A stretch of 64,000 nt of DNA from positions 74,922-138,921 of the forward strand of contig JAPLXC010000002.1 of NCBI GenBank assembly GCA_026396275.1, read 5' to 3'. The notes under the pieces were generated by a model that worked only from the letters and a program-made list of their open reading frames with translations, did no database searches and was not told the DNA's origin. Within the stretch, counting starts at the first letter, position 1, and each line of letters opens with the position of its first letter. Both the position numbers and the translations under genes were made by a program. This DNA is from Candidatus Moraniibacteriota bacterium (lineage in GTDB: Bacteria; Patescibacteriota; Minisyncoccia; Moranbacterales; JAPLXC01). This document shows, piece by piece, positions 26,337 to 36,328 of the stretch.

Positions 26337-27863
26337 ATGCCTTCTAAAATACTTTCCGCTGCTACTATTGGCCTTGATAGTGAAATTGTAGAAGTGGAAG
26401 TGGATGTTCTGGGCCAGGGACTCCATAATTTTACCATCGTTGGTCTCCCCGACACGGCTATCAAAGAATCACGCGACCGGGTTAGTTCGGCCCTCAAGAA
26501 CAGCGGCTTCAAGCCGGCTCATCGCTGCGGCCGGATTACCGTGAATCTGGCTCCGGCTGATCTTCCCAAGCTAAGTCCGATTTATGATCTTCCCATTGCC
26601 CTTGGACTCATTTTAGCTACCAATCAGGTCCATTTTGACTTCAAAGGAAAAATGTTTGTGGGAGAGCTGGCTCTAGACGGAACAGTGCGCCCGATTCACG
26701 GAACTCTTCCCATCGCGCTTCTTGCCAAAGAAAAAGGAATAAAAGAACTTTATGTTCCACGAGAAAACGCGCCTGAAGCCAGCGTGGTCAGGGAAGTCAG
26801 AATTATTCCGGCGGATAATTTTTATTCTCTGGTCAGTCATCTTATCGGAGAGCAAATTATTGATTTTTTTCCGGAAGTGAATTTTGAGGAATTATTTCAA
26901 AAAGAAGAATATCCGCTGGATATGTCCCACATCCACGGTCAGGAACATGCTAAACGAGCTCTTGAGATTGCCGCCGCCGGCGCCCACAACGTGATTCTCA
27001 ACGGTCCTCCCGGATCAGGAAAAACGCTCCTGGCCAGGACAATGCCTTCCATTCTTCCCCGCCTCAATTTTTCCGAATCGCTGGAAATCACCAAAATATT
27101 TTCCGTGGCGGGGAAGTTGTCCAAGAACAGTGGTTTGATTACCGAGCGCCCTTACCGCTCTCCTCATCACAGCGCGAGTGCTGTGTCATTGGTGGGCGGA
27201 GGAACTTATCCCAAGCCCGGTGAAATAAGCTTAGCCCACCGGGGAGTGTTATTTTTGGACGAATTCGCCGAGTTCCCCCGAAACGTGATGGAGAATCTCC
27301 GCCAGCCGCTGGAAGACGGAGTGATATCAGTATCTCGCGCCAAGGGATCGCTTGAATTTCCGGCTCGCTTCACTTTGATCGCGGCCATGAACCCCTGCCC
27401 GTGCGGCAACGCGACTGATCCAGAGCGCCTCTGCTCCTGCAGCCCGGCGCAGATCATCAAGTACCAGCGAAAAATTTCCGGTCCGATCTTAGACCGTATT
27501 GACCTTCATGTAGAAGTACCGCGGCTCAAGTTTGAAAAATTGCGTGAGGATGGCCGCGGAGAAACCAGTGTTCAAATCAGGGAACGGGTAGAAAAAGCCA
27601 GAGAAGTTCAAAAAAAGCGTTTTAAAAATCTGGATATTATTACTAATAGCGAAATGAGTTCCAATCAGATAAAAAACTTCTGTCTTCTGGACAATCAGTG
27701 TATTGAACTCCTTCGCAGTGCTGTCACCACGCTGCACTTGAGCGCCCGGGCATATCATCGTATTATTAAGATCGCTAGAACCATCGCGGATCTCGCCGGA
27801 GTGGAAAAAATCCAGCCGGCCTACATTGCCGAAGCGGTACAGTATCGGTTTAAGACGGAGTAA
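26337..27863 (+). CDS. comM: YifB/ComM-family Mg-chelatase-like AAA+ ATPase (competence protein ComM)
   Basis: Lon-like N-domain, Walker A ILNGPPGSGKTLLAR, LFLDEFAEF, the C4 zinc motif CPCGN...CSC, and a C-terminal Mg-chelatase domain. Confidence 0.85.
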   Translation: MPSKILSAATIGLDSEIVEVEVDVLGQGLHNFTIVGLPDTAIKESRDRVSSALKNSGFKPAHRCGRITVNLAPADLPKLSPIYDLPIALGLILATNQVHFDFKGKMFVGELALDGTVRPIHGTLPIALLAKEKGIKELYVPRENAPEASVVREVRIIPADNFYSLVSHLIGEQIIDFFPEVNFEELFQKEEYPLDMSHIHGQEHAKRALEIAAAGAHNVILNGPPGSGKTLLARTMPSILPRLNFSESLEITKIFSVAGKLSKNSGLITERPYRSPHHSASAVSLVGGGTYPKPGEISLAHRGVLFLDEFAEFPRNVMENLRQPLEDGVISVSRAKGSLEFPARFTLIAAMNPCPCGNATDPERLCSCSPAQIIKYQRKISGPILDRIDLHVEVPRLKFEKLREDGRGETSVQIRERVEKAREVQKKRFKNLDIITNSEMSSNQIKNFCLLDNQCIELLRSAVTTLHLSARAYHRIIKIARTIADLAGVEKIQPAYIAEAVQYRFKTE

Positions 27864-27889
27864 AACTATTAATTTTTAATAAAACAAAA

Positions 27890-28402
27890 ATGAAAAGCAT
27901 AATCCCACAGGAAGTCATTGAAAATAAAATACTTCTCATAAGAGGTAAGAAAGTTATTCTGGACAAGGATTTAGCCGCTTTTTATCAGGTTGAAACTAAA
28001 GTTCTTAACCGGGCTGTTAAAAGAAATATTGACCGTTTCCCGGAAGATTTTATGTTCCGCTTAAATAAAAACGAGTTTGACAATTTGAGGTTCCATTTTG
28101 GCACCTCAAGTTACGGAGGAAGGCGCTATATTCCTTTTGTCTTTACCGAACAAGGCGTGGCTATGCTTTCCAGCGTTTTAAAAAGCAAAAGGGCTATACA
28201 GGCCAACATACAAATTATCCGGACTTTTACCCGGCTCAGGGAAATAATAATCAGTAACCGCGAACTTCGTATTAAAATTGAAGAAATGGAAAGAAAAAAT
28301 GAAAGCAAATTCAAGGTTATTTTTGATATTATTAAAAAACTTATAGCCACCCGGGAAAAAGAGATAAATCCAAATAAACGGATCGGCTTTAAAGCTAAAT
28401 AA
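27890..28402 (+). CDS. ORF6N-domain protein (KilA-N/anti-repressor-like DNA-binding)
   Basis: LIRGKKVILDKDLAAFYQVETKVLNRAVKRNIDRFPEDFMFRL, followed by a coiled-coil C-terminal domain. Confidence 0.7.
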   Translation: MKSIIPQEVIENKILLIRGKKVILDKDLAAFYQVETKVLNRAVKRNIDRFPEDFMFRLNKNEFDNLRFHFGTSSYGGRRYIPFVFTEQGVAMLSSVLKSKRAIQANIQIIRTFTRLREIIISNRELRIKIEEMERKNESKFKVIFDIIKKLIATREKEINPNKRIGFKAK

Positions 28403-28770
28403 TCCTGGGTGGTTTTAGAATATTTAGAAGGTATCCTAGGCGCGTTTCAGCAAAATAAAAGAGGCAGAACGCGGTTGCGAACTGCCTCAAACCTTATTAT
28501 TACTTTCCTAACAAATTGTTAAGAAAGTTGACTATTATCCCTTTCCACCTCTTATTATACCACGGTAGGTTTTTGGAAGTGTTATACGGGATTTTCCTGG
28601 TTTTCAACTGTGGCATTTTTATTCCTCCTTTATTTCATATGCCATTCCTGCGAAAGCAGAAATCCAGTAAACAAATTTTATCTTATTTCTCTTTTTCAAA
28701 ACCACTTTTCACAAAATGATTTTAAAAAGAGAGGCAAGAGAATCAGATTCAATCCTCTTGCCTCAAATTA

Positions 28771-29139
28771 TCATAATTTCACCCCTTTCAATATTTTGGA
28801 ACAATGCTTATCACAATCCTCTTTTTGATATAAGTTAAGTCCGTGCTTGCAGATAATACAAATGCCAAACTTTTTCTTTAGAAAAATAATTATCTCCCTC
28901 GCTTCTTCTTCCTCTTTCCATTCCTTGCCTTTTTTATCTAGCGTCTTTATTAAATTGGGAACATCTCCTTCGTAACATCCTATTCCATCATCAACAAATG
29001 TGACTCTGCAATCGCCTTTTTTCTCGTCGTAAATACCTTCCCGATTCCATTTAATATCCAAGACATCATTTAAATCCCAAAGATCAATACAATTATCATT
29101 TCTGATTTCTTTCACTATTTCTTCCAAATTCTTCTTCAT
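28771..29139 (-). CDS. hypothetical Cys-containing small protein
   Basis: 122-aa ORF with clean boundaries. No family recognised. Confidence 0.3.
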   Translation of the reverse strand: MKKNLEEIVKEIRNDNCIDLWDLNDVLDIKWNREGIYDEKKGDCRVTFVDDGIGCYEGDVPNLIKTLDKKGKEWKEEEEAREIIIFLKKKFGICIICKHGLNLYQKEDCDKHCSKILKGVKL

Positions 29140-29408
29140 TTTAATCCCCTTATCCCTGCCTTTCTTATATTTCCATCAAAGATGGATTATACAAGTTAAG
29201 GACTTATAGGTATATTTTTCTGAGGTGATTTATCAAAGAACTGCGTTAAGATTTTTGTATTCGTATGTGCCCATTCGTAGTGGGCTATTCGGATACCTCA
29301 TCTTAACAGCCCATTATACTCCTAAATTATGGAAATGTCAATATTAAGCGTCAAGCAAATCAGAATAATTACTAATCTTAAATAAATAATCCTTTAGTAA
29401 AGCCATTA

Positions 29409-29436
29409 TTGACAAATTATGCCAGTTTGATATAAT
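29409..29436 (+). promoter_or_regulatory. sigma70-like promoter for the TrmB-family gene
   Basis: TTGACA, 16-nt spacer, TATAAT. A second TTGACG box lies 30 nt downstream. Confidence 0.5.
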
Positions 29437-29498
29437 ATAAATGTTGACGGATAATGCCGACATAATTAAGTAGAAAGTTTATAAAGTATGTAAAGGAA

Positions 29499-30308
29499 AT
29501 GGAGATAAAAAGTGTTTTAAAACAATTCGGGCTGGAAGGTAAAAAGGCGGATGTATATTTGGCGGCTTTGGAGTTGGGAAGCGCGACGGTAATTGAAATT
29601 GCTAAAAAGGCAGAAATTAAAAGAACGACAGGATATGATATTTTGCTGGATCTGGAAAAGCTGGGCTTGATTTCGGAAACTATGAAAGGCAGAAGAAGAT
29701 TTTTTATCGGCGAAGACCCGGAAAATATCCAGAAAAAGTTAAAGGAAAAAGAAAGCTTGTTTTCTGAAATACTCCCCCAGTTAAAGTCGGTATATAATAT
29801 TAAAGGCGTAAAGCCAAAAATAAGATTTTACGAAGGAAAAGAGGGATTAAGAGAAGTTTATGCTGATACTCTAAAATATTCCGGTGAAATGCTGGCTTTC
29901 GCCTCGGAAGACGTAGCAAAGGTTTTAGGAACGGACTGGGTGAATAATTATCTCAAAACTCGAACAAAAAAAGGGATTCGTGTTAGGGCAATTATGCCGG
30001 GCACCGAATTTCTGACCAAGGAAATAATTTCCCGTGACCGGGAACAGCTTCGGACGACAAAAACAATTAATCCTAAAAAATATCCGTTTTCCATTGAAAT
30101 AAATATATATGGCTATCAAAAAGTGGCTTTAATGTCTTCAAAGGAAGAAACCGGCTTGATTATTGAAGGCGCGGAGATTTATAATACTATGAAGCTTATT
30201 TTTGAACTTTTGTGGGATAATTTGCCGGAAATAAAGTTGAAGCCGAAAGAGGAACTTGATAAAAAGACCAACATAGCTGAAGATGATGAAGATGACTTGG
30301 ATTATTGA
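29499..30308 (+). CDS. TrmB-family transcriptional regulator
   Basis: N-terminal winged HTH (ADVYLAALELGSATVIEIAKKAEIKRTTGYDILLDLEKLGLI) plus a TrmB C-terminal sensing domain. Confidence 0.6.
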   Translation: MEIKSVLKQFGLEGKKADVYLAALELGSATVIEIAKKAEIKRTTGYDILLDLEKLGLISETMKGRRRFFIGEDPENIQKKLKEKESLFSEILPQLKSVYNIKGVKPKIRFYEGKEGLREVYADTLKYSGEMLAFASEDVAKVLGTDWVNNYLKTRTKKGIRVRAIMPGTEFLTKEIISRDREQLRTTKTINPKKYPFSIEINIYGYQKVALMSSKEETGLIIEGAEIYNTMKLIFELLWDNLPEIKLKPKEELDKKTNIAEDDEDDLDY

Positions 30309-30362
30309 ATGAAGCGCTGAAAAATCGCGGATTAAAAAGATTAAAGAACTGCTTAAAATCTA

Positions 30363-31328
30363 ATGTTAAATATTGAAAACAGAAAATTAGCACGGCAAAT
30401 TGAAGCCGCATTTTTGGCGGTTTCATTGTCTTGGATTATCGCTAGTTGCACCTTTGCCAAAGGAAAAAATCCGGATTTTTCAGATGTTGATAAAAAGATA
30501 GTGTTTAATGACGACGGATTGGTTTTTGAAAATATTTCTTCCCAAGCCGGCACGGTCGGTGAATTTTTAGAGGAACAAAAAATAAGCATCAAGGAAGGGG
30601 ATAATATCATTCCTTCTCTGGACAATAAAATATTTTCCGGACTGAAAATAATTATTCAGCGGGGAAAAGAAGTTGTAATAAGCGTGGATAAAAAGAAAAT
30701 AGAAAGTCATACCTTACTGGCAAATGTTGAAGGAGTGCTTTGGGAAAATGGAGTAAGTATAAGCGAAGATGATGTTACTTCTCCGACTAGATTATCGCCA
30801 ATTTCTGACGGGAGCGAAATAAAAATTACCCGGGTTGTTATTAAAGAAGAAGTTAAAAAGGAGAACATTAACTTTAAAACAATAACACAGGAAGATGAAA
30901 AACTTAGCTGGCGGACCAGAAAAGTGACCCAAAAAGGGGAGAAAGGAATAAAAGAACTGCGCTACCGAGTTGTGTTTCATAATGGGCAGGAAATTTCCCG
31001 GAAACTTTTGGAAACACAAATCACAAAAGAGCCAGTTTCGGAAATGGTGGTGCAAGGAACATACGTGAAGGTGGGCAAATCCCATACTGGCACAGCCACC
31101 TGGTATTCTTTTCGCGGCGGGCTTTTCGCCGCCAGCCCCTGGCTGCCGATAGGAAGTTATGCCCGGGTGACTAACAAAGAAAATGGGAAACAAATAATTG
31201 TAAAAATCAACGACCGCGGTCCGTTTGGAGATGGGCGCATTATTGATCTGGACAAAGTAGCATTTGCCAAAATCGCGCCGCTGGGACAGGGCGTAATTTC
31301 CGTAAAAGTGGAAGAGATCATAAATTAA
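30363..31328 (+). CDS. G5 domain plus RlpA-like double-psi beta-barrel (septal-ring lytic-transglycosylase-like) protein
   Basis: G5 region (...KENINFKTITQEDEKLSWRTRKVTQKGEKGIKELRYRVVFHNGQEISRKLLE...) and C-terminal DPBB (GTATWYSFRGGLFAASPWLPIGSYARVTNKENGKQIIVKINDRGP). Confidence 0.6.
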   Translation: MLNIENRKLARQIEAAFLAVSLSWIIASCTFAKGKNPDFSDVDKKIVFNDDGLVFENISSQAGTVGEFLEEQKISIKEGDNIIPSLDNKIFSGLKIIIQRGKEVVISVDKKKIESHTLLANVEGVLWENGVSISEDDVTSPTRLSPISDGSEIKITRVVIKEEVKKENINFKTITQEDEKLSWRTRKVTQKGEKGIKELRYRVVFHNGQEISRKLLETQITKEPVSEMVVQGTYVKVGKSHTGTATWYSFRGGLFAASPWLPIGSYARVTNKENGKQIIVKINDRGPFGDGRIIDLDKVAFAKIAPLGQGVISVKVEEIIN

Positions 31329-31361
31329 TTTTGAGAAATAAAAAGGCGCGTGGAGATTGCA

Positions 31362-31393
31362 TTACACAATACTGCGGCCGCAGTATTGTGTAA
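31362..31393. promoter_or_regulatory. 32-bp perfect palindrome (NotI GCGGCCGC core) between the RlpA-like gene and ksgA
   Basis: ttacacaatactgc-ggccgc-agtattgtgtaa. Candidate operator or terminator. No T-run follows. Confidence 0.45.
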
Positions 31394-31415
31394 CACGAAC
31401 TTCATTTGTTATTAT

Positions 31416-32198
31416 ATGCCCACCAAGTTAGGTCAAAATTTTCTGGTTAATAAAGATGTCGTTAAAAAGATTATTAAAACGGCAGGTCTAACGCCTGATG
31501 ATTTTGTTCTGGAAATCGGGCCGGGGAAAGGGATATTGACAGAAGAATTGGCAAAACACGAGGGAAAAGTTATCGCTGTTGAAATTGATAAAAAACTGGT
31601 GAATTTGTTACGTAACAAATTACATAACTGCAAAAATGTTGAAATTGTGAAAGGAGATATTTTAAAGATTAATTTAACTAAACAACTTACAACTAACTAC
31701 TTACAACGTATAAATTACAAAGTAATTGCGAATTTACCTTATTATATTACGTCGCCGATCATTAGGCTTTTTCTGGAAGCTGATAATCCACCGAGCGAAA
31801 TGATATTGATGGTTCAAAAAGAAGTAGCCGAGCGGATTGTCGCCCAGCCGGGCAAGATGAGCATTCTATCAGTGGCGGTTCAATATTACGCAAAGCCGGA
31901 ATTATTATTCACAGTCGGGAGGGAAAATTTTGATCCGGTGCCGGAGGTGGATAGCGCAGTAATAAAAATATCAAATATCAAAAATCAAATATCAAAATTA
32001 GAGAGTAAAGAATTTTTTAGAATAGTGCGGGCGGGATTTTGCGCCAAGAGGAAAACGCTTGCCAATAATTTGACCAACAGTTTTCATCTGGGGAAATATG
32101 AAGTGGAAGAAAAAATAAAAAAAACCGGATTTTTGCCAAATGTCCGAGCACAGGAGCTTTCAGTTGAAAATTGGAAGAAATTGGCGGGATTGTTCTAA
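31416..32198 (+). CDS. ksgA: 16S rRNA (adenine1518/1519-N6)-dimethyltransferase
   Basis: LGQNFLVNKDVVKKII and SAM motif LEIGPGKGILTEEL. The start was moved from the track's 31350 to ATG 31416 to exclude the palindrome. Contains an AT-repeat insert (ISNIKNQISKLESK). Confidence 0.8.
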   Translation: MPTKLGQNFLVNKDVVKKIIKTAGLTPDDFVLEIGPGKGILTEELAKHEGKVIAVEIDKKLVNLLRNKLHNCKNVEIVKGDILKINLTKQLTTNYLQRINYKVIANLPYYITSPIIRLFLEADNPPSEMILMVQKEVAERIVAQPGKMSILSVAVQYYAKPELLFTVGRENFDPVPEVDSAVIKISNIKNQISKLESKEFFRIVRAGFCAKRKTLANNLTNSFHLGKYEVEEKIKKTGFLPNVRAQELSVENWKKLAGLF

Positions 32199-32205
32199 GG
32201 AAGCT

Positions 32206-33861
32206 CTACAGGAAAACTACTTTCATCATTATCATTCCGTACAAAACCACTACTCCCAAAATCCACCACGGCAGGCGCCGCGGATTTATACTTTTATTAA
32301 TAATTATCCAGAAGGCGAGACCGCCGAAAAACAGCGCCCACCAGAACAGCCGCGGTTCGTTAAATAATATCACACTCAAAACGAACGAAAGAAAAATTCC
32401 CGCGCCCACGATAATTTTTCCCCACTGTTCGCCAAAAAGGACGGGAACGGTGTACACCCCGTTTTTTTTATCTCCTTCAACGTCCTTGAAATCCTTGATG
32501 GGAAGCGCCAAAGTATAACCAATTACTAGAAGCGCCACAATGGAAAAGGGAAGGCCTTTTATATTCTGCTCAGGCGAAACCAGTATAAAACCGGAAAACA
32601 AAATCAGAAGTGATGCAATGGCGCTCACAAAGGTCGAAACAAAGGCAAATCGTTTGAGCCGCAGGGGCCAGCAAGAGTACAACCAGGCGATGGCTTGATA
32701 AACCAGAAGTAGCAAGGCGATTTTAAAATTAACAATGGCGGAAAACAAAATTGAAACCAAAAACAAAATCCAGCCGATGGTCTTGTATTCTTCCAGCGTA
32801 AATGTTCCTGTGGCCAGCGGTCTCGTCTGGTTGGTTATTTTATCAATATCTTTATCCTGAATGTCATTGATCACCACTGATGCTAGCCAGGCGCAGAAAA
32901 TGGATGACAAAAGAACCAAAAAACTGGAAACATTAAAAAAATTAAATGTGATCCAGCTATCAGTAAAAATAACTGCCAGTCCCATTCCCACCATAAGCAA
33001 GCCGCCGTGATAGATGAGCTGAGGGAATCTGGCATTTTTCAAAAAAGCTAAAAATCTGTTTTTCCAGTCAAAGAACACCCCCAGCAAGACAATTCCAATT
33101 AAAACCAAGGAATAAACCAAGCTCATCTTTATATTAAGGGTACTGACAATATCAGGGATTTCCCGCGAAAAAATTCTTGCCGGCGTCAAAAACATCTGGG
33201 CGACGTCTACATCCGTAACCGCTAAAAATCCTTTGGAAAAGCCCTTGACAGCAATAGTTATCCAGGAAGGAAAAGTCCCTAAAACAAAAAAGACAAGATA
33301 GGAAAGAAGGAAAAGGAACAAGGATTTTAGAATATTTTTTGATTTCAGAAAACTGTATAAGCCGATAAAGAGTATGGCAATAGCTACTTCTATTCTCACT
33401 CCGTAAGTCACTCCGATTTCCGGCGTGCTGCCGAAAAATGTAAAGAATCTAGTTATCAGTCCTTTGAGCCCGTCGAATTCATAAAAACTCCAGAATCCTT
33501 TTCCGTGGGAAATAATATAGTCCGCGATGGGAGGAGTAAGAATAATTAAATATCCCCAAAGGAGGACATTGGAAATTTTTCGAAAATCAGCGGATAAAAT
33601 TCTTTTTAAAATCCACAAGAAAAGCAGATAGGCGATCAGGAAGAAGAGGAAGGTGTGAGTGAACTCGTAAAAAATAAAAAGTCCGGATCGGGAGCGAAAA
33701 CCTTCCAGCCAGTTTTCAATGAGAATTCGAATTATTATAATGGCTGAAAAAGAAGCCAGCCAGAACCAGAAAGTAACGGGGCTGTTTTCAATCCGGTCAA
33801 TAATTTTAGGCAAGAACTTAGCCATAATTTTAAATCTGGCATTAAAAGTATTCTGTATCAA
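32206..33861 (-). CDS. polytopic membrane protein with a C-terminal UbiA-family prenyltransferase domain
   Basis: UbiA Asp-rich motifs NDIQDKDIDKI and KDFKDVEGDKK in the C-terminal ~280 aa. The N-terminal ~270 aa is an extra multi-TM domain. Confidence 0.5.
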   Translation of the reverse strand: MIQNTFNARFKIMAKFLPKIIDRIENSPVTFWFWLASFSAIIIIRILIENWLEGFRSRSGLFIFYEFTHTFLFFLIAYLLFLWILKRILSADFRKISNVLLWGYLIILTPPIADYIISHGKGFWSFYEFDGLKGLITRFFTFFGSTPEIGVTYGVRIEVAIAILFIGLYSFLKSKNILKSLFLFLLSYLVFFVLGTFPSWITIAVKGFSKGFLAVTDVDVAQMFLTPARIFSREIPDIVSTLNIKMSLVYSLVLIGIVLLGVFFDWKNRFLAFLKNARFPQLIYHGGLLMVGMGLAVIFTDSWITFNFFNVSSFLVLLSSIFCAWLASVVINDIQDKDIDKITNQTRPLATGTFTLEEYKTIGWILFLVSILFSAIVNFKIALLLLVYQAIAWLYSCWPLRLKRFAFVSTFVSAIASLLILFSGFILVSPEQNIKGLPFSIVALLVIGYTLALPIKDFKDVEGDKKNGVYTVPVLFGEQWGKIIVGAGIFLSFVLSVILFNEPRLFWWALFFGGLAFWIIINKSINPRRLPWWILGVVVLYGMIMMKVVFL

Positions 33862-33929
33862 GTATAATGTATTATGTATAATGAATAAAGAGTGATGAAT
33901 TTAAAAAATTGTGTTAATGTAACATAGTT

Positions 33930-36164
33930 ATGAAGGGTATTTTGGCTAATCTCAACCCCCAGCAGAAAGAGGCAGTCGCGACAACCGACGGACCGATTTT
34001 GATTATCGCCGGAGCGGGATCGGGGAAAACCAGGACTCTCACCCATCGGGTGGCATATTTGATAAGAGAAAAAAAGATCAATCCCCAAAACATTTTGGCG
34101 GTAACTTTTACCAACAAGGCGGCCGATGAGATGAGGGGAAGAATCATTAAATTACTAAAAACTGACAACCAACCTGCCTCGCCGGCAAGCGGGCAACTAA
34201 CAACTGCTTTGCCCCACGTCGGAACCTTCCACGCCATTTGCGCTAAGATTTTACGCCGGGAAATTGGAAAACTTGGCTACAAGAGTTCTTTTAATATCAT
34301 TGACGATCAGGATCAACTGGCTCTGGCGAAAAAAATTTGCAAAACACTGGAAGTTAATACTGATCAGTTTAATCCTCTTACTTTACTGGATGCAATCAGC
34401 CGCGCGAAAAATGAACTGGTTGATGTTGACCGGTACGAAGAAAATATTGGCGGATACTACGAAGAAATAGTAGTGAAAGTTTACAAAGAATATCAGAAAA
34501 CGCTTTTGGAAAACAATTCAGTTGATTTTGATGACCTTATTGCACTTACCGTGAAAATTTTTCAAAAGTTCCTCGATGTTTTGAGGAAATATCAAAAACT
34601 TTTTCGCTATGTTCTGGTAGACGAATATCAAGACACTAACCATGCTCAATACGTTCTGGTGAATATGCTCGCGAAAGAGCACCGCAATCTTTGCGTCGTG
34701 GGGGACGACTGGCAGTCAATTTATGGCTGGCGCCAGGCGGATATCAGAAATATCTTGAGTTTTGAAAAGGACTACCCGGAAGCCAAAGTGATTGCTCTGG
34801 AGCAGAACTACCGGTCCACTCAAGTGATCCTTGACGCCGCTTATGGGGTAATCTCAAAAAATATAAATCGCACTGACAAAAAACTCTGGACTGAAAAATC
34901 CGGCGGGCATTTAATTTCGGTGTATGAAGCGGAAGACGAAAAGGAGGAGGCGGAGTTTGTGACAGAGGAAATAATTAGATTAGTCGGAGAAAAAAGTTCG
35001 GGATCCTTCGACAGGGCTCGGGACGACAAAAATGGAAAATTTTCATTTTCCAATTTTGCCGTATTTTACCGAACTCACGCCCAATCCCGGATGCTAGAAG
35101 AGATGTTTTTGCGCCAATCCATTCCCTACCGGATCGTCGGCGGAATTAAATTCTATCAGCGCAAAGAAGTGAAAGACATTATTGCTTATCTGCGGCTCAT
35201 TCAAAATCCCAACGACTATATTTCGCTAGAGCGGATTATTGATGAACCAAAAAGGGGCATTGGAGAAAAGACACTGGAGTACTGGTCAGCGATTGCTAAA
35301 AAAAATCGTCTAGATTTAATTATAATGGGTCTCCAAATTTCTAATTCCAAATTTCTAATTTCTAATCAAATCCCAAATTCCAAATCCCAAATTAATTCCA
35401 AAATGGATGCAGTAGTTAAGTTCTGTGATTTTATCAAGCGAATGAGGAAATTAAGCAGAAAAGTAAAACTGACTGACCTGATAGAGAAAGTTATCAAGGA
35501 AAGCGGTTATGAAAAAATGCTTTTGGATGGAACAATGGAGGGAGAAACACGCTGGGAAAATATTCAGGAACTTTTGTCGGTGGCTAAAAAATATGACGAT
35601 CTTAAAGGAGAAGCGGCGCTGGAGGGGTTTCTTGAGGAAGTGGCGCTGGTGACCAGCACTGAAGATATTGATCAAAGCAAAAACGCGGTGCATCTGATGA
35701 CGCTTCACAGCGCCAAAGGACTGGAATTCCCTTTTGTTTTTATCGTCGGGCTGGAAGAGGGATTGTTGCCGCATTCACGAAGCACTTTATCAGCAGAGGA
35801 GATGGAAGAAGAAAGGCGGCTGATGTACGTGGGAATCACCCGCGCAAAAGTTAAGGTTTATCTTCTTTTCGCCAGAGAACGAACAATTTTTGGCTCCACT
35901 CAAGCTAATTTTCCCTCACGGTTTTTGGACGACATACCGCCGCATCTTATTGAAGATGCGGAAATAAAAAATTATTTTTCTAGCGGAACTAATGAAGCTA
36001 ATAAACTAAAAGCTAAATTTAAAGATGGTGACCGGGTAAAACATGATGAATTTGGCGAAGGGATTGTGATTTCTGTTCAAGATGATATCGCCACGGTAGC
36101 TTTCAGAAAAGCCGGAGTTAAAAATATTTCTTTAGAGTTTTCAGGACTTAGGAAATCAAAATAA
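33930..36164 (+). CDS. pcrA: UvrD/PcrA-family ATP-dependent DNA helicase
   Basis: Motif I AGAGSGKTRTLTHR, Ia VTFTNKAADEM, II VLVDEYQDTN, and VI VGITRAK. Contains a low-complexity AT-repeat insert (QISNSKFLISNQIPNSKSQINSK). Confidence 0.85.
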   Translation: MKGILANLNPQQKEAVATTDGPILIIAGAGSGKTRTLTHRVAYLIREKKINPQNILAVTFTNKAADEMRGRIIKLLKTDNQPASPASGQLTTALPHVGTFHAICAKILRREIGKLGYKSSFNIIDDQDQLALAKKICKTLEVNTDQFNPLTLLDAISRAKNELVDVDRYEENIGGYYEEIVVKVYKEYQKTLLENNSVDFDDLIALTVKIFQKFLDVLRKYQKLFRYVLVDEYQDTNHAQYVLVNMLAKEHRNLCVVGDDWQSIYGWRQADIRNILSFEKDYPEAKVIALEQNYRSTQVILDAAYGVISKNINRTDKKLWTEKSGGHLISVYEAEDEKEEAEFVTEEIIRLVGEKSSGSFDRARDDKNGKFSFSNFAVFYRTHAQSRMLEEMFLRQSIPYRIVGGIKFYQRKEVKDIIAYLRLIQNPNDYISLERIIDEPKRGIGEKTLEYWSAIAKKNRLDLIIMGLQISNSKFLISNQIPNSKSQINSKMDAVVKFCDFIKRMRKLSRKVKLTDLIEKVIKESGYEKMLLDGTMEGETRWENIQELLSVAKKYDDLKGEAALEGFLEEVALVTSTEDIDQSKNAVHLMTLHSAKGLEFPFVFIVGLEEGLLPHSRSTLSAEEMEEERRLMYVGITRAKVKVYLLFARERTIFGSTQANFPSRFLDDIPPHLIEDAEIKNYFSSGTNEANKLKAKFKDGDRVKHDEFGEGIVISVQDDIATVAFRKAGVKNISLEFSGLRKSK

Positions 36165-36328
36165 AACAACTCTCTCGTTTTTGGCTCATTTCTAAAATAA
36201 AGGCGCGAAGACATTGTTGTAGAAAAAGGTCAAATTTATTATAATAAAAACGTAAGTATAAATTCTCAAGTTTGCTTGATATTTAAAAAATGAGAGCTAT
36301 TTAGCTAGGAATACTTAGGATCAAATAC

